Shown here: positions 56,678 to 64,000 of the stretch, one piece after another | How the letters are laid out: each line of letters opens with the position of its first letter | How positions within the stretch are numbered: position 1 is the stretch's first letter | DNA from: the human T2T-CHM13v2.0 reference genome, Homo sapiens | Assembly (NCBI RefSeq): GCF_009914755.1 | Contig: NC_060934.1 | Length of the DNA: 64,000 nt | Direction: 5' to 3' (one strand) | Notes under the pieces: model-generated | Told to the model about the DNA's origin: nothing | What the model saw: the letters and a program-made list of their open reading frames with translations, nothing else | Databases searched by the model: none | Program-made: the position numbers and the translations under genes

Positions 56678-58292
56678 ATGGGCAACCTTCCACCCTCCAT
56701 TCCTCCCTCTTCTCCCTTAGCCTGTGTTCTCAAGAACTTAAAACCTCTTCAGCTCACACCTGACCTAAAACCTAAATGCCTTATTTTCTTCTGCAACACT
56801 GCTTGGCCCCAATACAAACTTGATAAATGCTCTAAATGGCCAGAAAACAGCACTTTCAATTTCTCCATCCTACAGGACCTAGATAATTTTTGTCGAAAAA
56901 TTGGTAAATGGCCTGAGATGCCTTACATACAGGCATTTTTTCACACTTCGTTCCCTCCCTAGTCTCTGTTCCCAATGCAATTCGTCCCAAATCCTCCTTC
57001 TTTCCCTACCGCCTGTCCCCTCAGTCCCAACCCCAAGCATTGCTGAGTCTTTCCAATCTTCCTTTTCTACCAAGCCATCTGACCTCTCCCCTCCTCCCCA
57101 GACTGCTCCCTATGTTGCTTTCTGCCAGGCTGAATCAGGCTCCAAATCTTCCTCAGCCTCTGCTCCTCCACCCTATAATCCTTTTATCACCTCCCCTCCT
57201 CACACCCAGTCCAGCTTACAGTTTTGTTCCATGACTGGCTCTCCCCTACCTGCCCAACGATTTCCTCTTAGAGAGGTGGCTGGAGCTGAAGGCATAGTCA
57301 GGGTACTTGTGCCTTTTTCTCTATCAGACCTCTCTCAGATCAGTCAGTGTTTAGGCTCTTTCTCATCAGACCCCACTAATTATATATAGGAATTCCAGTA
57401 TCTAACTCTGTCCTGCAATTTAACCTGGAGTGATTTAAATGTCATCCTAACATCTACCCTTTCCCCAGATGAACAGGAAAGAGTTTTTTCTCTAGCCCAA
57501 TCTCACACTGATAACCACCGGCTTCACAAGCCAGACCTCCAAGAAGGCATTAGAGCAGTTCCCCAAGATGATCCCCAATGGAACTATCAGGCAGATTCCC
57601 CAGGTATAATTAGGCGAGATTACATGATTTCCTGCCTAGTTGATGGGCTTACAAAGGCAGTTTACAAAGCTGTTAATTTTGACAAGCTTAAAGAAACTAC
57701 CCAAGGTAAAGACAAAAACCTAGCCCAGTTCCTGGCTTGTTTGGCAGCAACCCTGAGATGCTTTACAGCCCTAGACCCTGAAGGGTCAGAAGGCCGTCTT
57801 ATTCTAAATAGGCATTTTATCACCCAGTCAGCTCCTGACATTAGAAAAAAGCTTCAAAAATTAGAATCCAGCCCTCAAACCCCACAACAGGAATTAATCA
57901 ACCTCACCTTCAAGGTGTACAATAATAGAGAGGAGGCAGCCAGACAGCAACGCATTTCTGAGTTACAATTACTTGCCTTTGCTGTGAGACAAAACCCAGC
58001 CACACCTCCAGCACACAAGAACTTCAAACTGCCTAAGCCGCAGCAGTCAAGCATTCCTACAGGACCTCCTCCAACAGGCTGTTGCTTCAAGTGCCAGAAA
58101 TCTGGCCACTGGGCCAAGGAATGCCTGCAGCCCAGGATTCCTCCCAAGCCATGTCCCATCTGTGCAGGGACCCACTGGAAATCAGACTGCCCAGCTCACC
58201 CGGCAGCCACTCCTAGAGCCCCTAAAGGTCTGGCCCAAGGCTCTCTGACTGACTGCTTCCCAGATTTGCTTGGCTTGGCAGCTGAAGACTGA
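56678..58292 (+). pseudogene. gag: HERV-H gag (disrupted)
   Basis: MGNLPPSIPPSSPLACVLKNL.. matrix start, PPPY late motif, capsid, and two CCHC-type knuckles ([27 protein letters not shown]). Frameshift near 56940 and internal stops. Confidence 0.9.
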
Positions 58293-58492
58293 CGCTGCCT
58301 GATCACCTTGGAAGCCCCCTGGACCATCATGGATGCTGAGCTTTGGGTAACTCTCACAGTGGAGGGTAAGTCCGTCCCCTGTTTAATCAACACAGGGGCT
58401 ACCCACTCCACATTACCTTCTTTTCAAGGGCCTGTTTCCCTTGCCCTCATAACTGTTGTGGGTATTGACGGCCAAGCTTCAAAACCCCTTGA

Positions 58493-58885
<393 letters not shown>

Positions 58886-61647
58886 CCAGTTCCCTTATTA
58901 GGCCAAGACATTTTAACCAAATTATCTGCTTCCCTGACTCTTCCTGGACTACAGCCAAATCTCATTGTCACCCTTCTTCCCAACCCAAAGCCTCCTTCAT
59001 GTCTTCCCCTCGTATCCCCCTACCTTAACCCACAAGTATGGGACACCTCTACCCCCTCCCTGGCAACCGATCACACACCCACTACTATCCCACTAAAATC
59101 TAATCACCCTTACCCCACTGAACGCCAGTATCCTATCCCACAACAGGCTTTAAGGGGATTGAAGCCTGTTATCACTCACCTGCTACAGCATGGGCTTCTA
59201 AAACCTATAAACTCTTCTTACAATTCCCACATTTTACCTGTCCAAAAACGGGACAAGTCTTACAAGTTACTTCAGGATCTGCACCTTATCAACCAAATTG
59301 TTTTGCCTATCCACCCCGTGGTGCCAAACCCATATACTGTCTTATCCTCAATACCTCCCTCCACAACCCATTATTCTGTTCTGCATCTCAAACATGCTTT
59401 CTTTACTATTTCTTTGCACCCTTCATCCCAGCCTCTCTTCGCTTTCACATAGACTGACCCTGACACCCATCAGTCTCAGCAACTTACCCGGGCTGTACTG
59501 CTGCAAGGCTTCACCGACAGCCCCCATTACTTCAGTAAAGTCCTTTCTCATGATTTACTTTCTTTCCATCCATCTGCTTCTCACCTTATTAAATATTTTG
59601 ACAACTTTCTACTTTATAGCCCCTCCTACAAAACTTCCCAACAGGACACCCTTCTGCTCCTCCAACATCTATTCTCAAAAGGATATTGTGTATCCCCCTC
59701 CAAAGCCCAAATTTCTTCCTCATCCATTACCTATCTCGGCATAATTCTTCATAAAAACACATGTGCTCTCCCTGCTGATCATGTCCAGCTTATCTCCAAA
59801 ACCCCAACCCCTTCTACAAAACAACAACTCCTTTCCTTCCTAGGCATGGTTAGGTACTTCTGCCTTTGGATACCTAGTTTTACCATCCTGACTAAACCAT
59901 TATATAAACTCATAAAAGGAAACCTAGCTGACCCCATAAATCCTAAATCCTTTCCCCACTCCCCTTTCCATTCCTTAAAAAACAGCCCTAAAAACTGTCC
60001 CACACTAGCTCTCCCTAACTCATCCCAACCCTTTTCATTACACACAGCCAAACTACAGGGCTGTGCGGTAAGAATTCTTACACAAAAGCTGGGACCACAC
60101 CGTTAGCCTTTCTGTCCAAACAATGTAACCTTACTGTTTTAGCCTAGCACTCATATCTGTGTGTGGCAGCTGCTGCTGCATTAATACTTTTAGAGGCCCT
60201 CAAAATCACAAACTATGCTCAACTCACTCTCTACAGTTCTCATAACTTCCAAAATCTATTTTTTTCCTCAAATCTGACGCATATACTTTATGCTCCCCAG
60301 TTCCTTCAGCTATACTCACTCTTTGTTGAGTCTCCCACAATTACCATTGTTACTGGCCTGGACTTCAATCCGGCCTCCCACCTCATTCTGGATGCCACAC
60401 CTGACCCCCATGACTGTATCTCTCTGATCCACTTGACATTCACTTGATTTCCCCATATTTCCTTCTTTCCTGTTCCTCACCCTGAGCACACTTGGTTTAT
60501 TGATAGCAGTTCCACCAGGCCTAATCGCCACTCACCAGCAAAGGCAGGCTATGCTATAGTATCTTCCACATCTATCCTTGAGGCTACCACTGTGCCCCAC
60601 TCCACTACCTCTCAGCAAGCCGAACTCATTGCCTTAACTCGAGCCCTCACTCTTGCAAAGGGACTATGCATCAATATTTATACTGATGCTAAATATGCCT
60701 TCCATATCCTGCACCACCATGCTGTTATATGGGCAGAAAGAGGTTTCCTCACTATGCAAGGGTCCTCCATCATTAATGTCTCTTTAATAAAAACTCTTCT
60801 CAAGGCCACTTTACTTCCAAAGGAAGCTGGAGTCCTTCATTGCAAGGGCCCTCAAAAGGCATCAGATCCCATCGCTCAGGGCAATGCTTATGCTGATAAA
60901 GTAGCTAAAAAAGCAGCTAGCATTCCAACTTCTATCCCTCACAGCCAGTTTTTCTCCTTCTCATCGATCACTCCCACCTACTCTCCCACTGAAACTTCCA
61001 CCTATCAATCTCTTCCCACACAAGGCAAATGGTTCTTGGACCAAGGAAAATATCTCCTTCCAGCCTCACAGGCCCATTCTAATCTGCCGTCATTTCATAA
61101 CCTCTTCCATGTAGGTTACAAGCTGCTAGCCTGTCTCTTAGAACCTCTCATTTCCTTTCCATCATGGAAATCTATCCTTAAGGAAATCACTTCTCAGTGT
61201 TCCATCTGCTGTTCTGCTACTCCTCAGGGATTGTTCAGGCCCCCTCCCTTCCCTACACATCAAGCTCAGGGATTTGCCCCTGCCCAGGACTGGCAAATTG
61301 ACTTTATTCACATGCCCTGAGTCAGGAAACTAAAATACCTCTTGGTCTGAGTAGACACTTGTAATGGATGGGTAGAGGCCTTTCCCACAGGGTCTGAGAA
61401 GGCCACTGCCATCATTTCTTCCCTTCTATCAGACAGAATTCCTCAATTTGGCCTTCCTACCTCTATACAGTCTGATAACGGACCAGCCTTTATTAGTCAA
61501 GTCACTCATGCAGTCTCCCAGTCCCTAGGCATTCAATGGAAACTTCATGCTCCTTATTGCCCTCAATCCTCAGGAAAGGTAGAAAGAACTAATGGTCTTT
61601 TAAAGACACACCTCACCATACTCAGCCTCCAACTTAAAAAGGACTGA

Positions 61648-61966
<319 letters not shown>

Positions 61967-62429
61967 TCAGGCCTGTCCTCAAGATGCCACAGAGTACAGC
62001 CCATTTGAGCTTCTGTATGGATGCTACTTTTTATTAGGCCCCAGTCTCATTCCAGACACCAGCCCTCTAGGTGATTATCTTCCAGTCCTCCAGCAGGCTA
62101 GACAGGAAATTTGCCAGGCTGCTAATCTTCTCTTGCCTACTCCAGATTCCCAGCCATATGAAGACACCCTAGCTGGACGATCAGTTCTTGTTAAGAATCT
62201 GACCCCTCAAACTCTACAACCTTGAGGGGCCAGACCCTACTTAGTCATCTATAGTACCCCAACTGCCGTCTGCCTGCAGGGCCCTCCCCATTAGGTTCAC
62301 TGATCCAGAATAAAGCTGTGTCCATCGGACAGCCAGCCTGATCTCTCATCTTCCTCCTGGGAGTTACATGTACTCTCTCCTACTTCCCTTAAACTCACCT
62401 GCATTCCTAAAGGATAATAGTAACCCTTA

Positions 62430-63330
62430 TAAGGCTAATACATCCTTTCATTTTTATTAGGTCTCACCTTCCTTACCATACTCTTTATAACAGGGCTTTA
62501 CACAGTCACCCCCACTACTTGGACTGCACCCCAAAAATTTGTCATCCTTACTATCTTCCGTCTAGTCATACTCCTATTCACCATTCTCAACTACTTGTAA
62601 ATGCCCTGCCCTTGTTTATACTGCCGGTTTACACTTTTCCTCCAAATCATCGTAGCGGATATCTCCTGATACTATCCCCAGTCTGCCACTCTTGACTCCC
62701 TCTTGGAGTGGATGGGTGATCTTTGCTGACAGGGCACACTGATACTTCCACCCTGAAGAAGTCCTATTCTTTACTTTTATACTCACTCTTTTTCTCGTTC
62801 CTGTTCTTACGCCACCCTCTACCTCTCCCTAGCTATCTCCACCATGCTATCAATCTCACTCCACTCTCTCCTAGCCATTTCTAATCCTTCTTTAACAAAC
62901 AATTGCTGGCTTTGCATTTCTCTTTCCTGTGAAATCACCGAGGCCTCGACTTACTCACTGCTAAAAAAACAGGACTCTATATTTTTAAATGAAGAGTGTT
63001 GTTTTTACCTAAATCAATCTGTCCTGGTGTATGACAACATAAAAAATCTCAAGGATAGAGCCCAAAAACTCACCAAGCAAGCAAGTAATTACACTGAACC
63101 CCTTGGGCACTCTCTAATTGGATGTCCTGGGTCCTCCCAATTCTTAGTCCTTTAATACCTGTTTTTTTCCTTCTCTTATTCGGACCTTGTGTCTTCCGTT
63201 TAGTTTCTCAATTCATCCAAAACTGTATCCAGGCCATCACCAATCATTCTATATGACAAATGCTCCTTCTAACAACCCCACAATATCACCTCTTACCATA
63301 AAATCTTCCTTCAGCTTAATCTCTCCCACT
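62430..63330 (+). pseudogene. env: HERV-H env remnant with large internal deletion
   Basis: The SU CWLC motif (62904-62915) is followed within ~15 nt by the TM immunosuppressive-domain remnant (NHRGLDLLTA) and FLNEECCFYLNQS. Confidence 0.85.
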
Positions 63331-63479
63331 CTAGATTCCCACGCCACTCCTAATCCCGCTCGAAGCAGCCCTGAGAAACATTGCCAATTATCTCTCCATA
63401 CCACCCCCCCAAATTTTCTCTGCCCCAACACTTCAACATTATTTTATGGTTTTTTCTTATTAATATAAGAAAACAGGAA

Positions 63480-63913
63480 TGTCAGGCCTCCGAGCCCAAG
63501 CTAAGCCATCTTATCCCCTGTGACCTGCACATATACATCCAGATGGCCTGAAACAAGTGAAGAATCACAAAAGAAGTGAAAATGGCCAGTTCCTGCCTTA
63601 ACTGATGACATTCTACCATTGTAATTTGTTCCTGCCCCACCTTAACTGAGTGATTAACCTTGTGAAATTCCTTCTCCTGGCTCGGAAACTCCCCCACCGA
63701 GCACTTTGTGACCACCGCCCCTGCCCACAAGAGAAAAACCCCCTTTGACTGTAATTTTCCACTACCCACCCAAATCCTTTAAAACGGCCCCACCCCTATC
63801 TTCCTTGCCGACTCCTTTTTCGGACTCAGCCCACCTGCACCCAGGTGAAATAAACAGCTTTATTGCTCACACAAAGCCTGTTTGGTGGTCTCTTGACACG
63901 GAAGCGTGAGATA
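63480..63913 (+). mobile_element. 3' LTR (LTR7 family)
   Basis: Colinear copy of the 5' LTR with about 32 mismatches in 434 bp (hand count). TATA mutated to TTTAAAA; AATAAA at 63849-63854 intact. Confidence 0.93.
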
Positions 63914-64000
63914 CTAGGGTCCTCCCTTACCTGACACCTAGAGCACTCCTGTTGTAACAAGAGTCATCTTGGGTTCAGCATAAATTAATCTTCTTTCATT

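Noticed and set aside
62844-63155. 103-aa env-like ORF as a possible domesticated envelope
   Set aside because: Deletion-fused and frameshifted remnant with no furin site or fusion peptide.

Overview
Primate (very probably human) genomic DNA containing the 5' part of NT5C2 (cytosolic purine 5'-nucleotidase, cN-II) on the minus strand. It has a CpG-island promoter and non-coding exon 1 (~43.5 kb), a candidate Alu/L1-derived 5'UTR exon (31429-31572), the ATG exon encoding [34 protein letters not shown] (25102-25226), and a downstream alternative first coding exon encoding MSKEG (3533-3546). An antisense MARCKSL1 processed pseudogene lies in the intron next to the ATG exon. About 12 kb upstream, facing away from NT5C2, is an 8.2-kb two-LTR HERV-H provirus (55690-63913) with decayed gag-pro-pol, a deleted env and two AluY insertions. 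The rest is roughly 75-80 Alu pieces (hand count) plus old L1, L2, MIR and LTR fragments. Almost all ORFs in the supplied track are Alu, L1 or GC artefacts. I found no clearly new multi-gene system. The best leads are the uORF-bearing alternative 5' ends of NT5C2, a candidate 9-nt microexon, and a compact RFX/NF-Y/CTCF-like module next to an LTR that retains its TATA box and has a perfect splice donor. All identifications come from manual reading and recalled consensus sequences; no searches were run.
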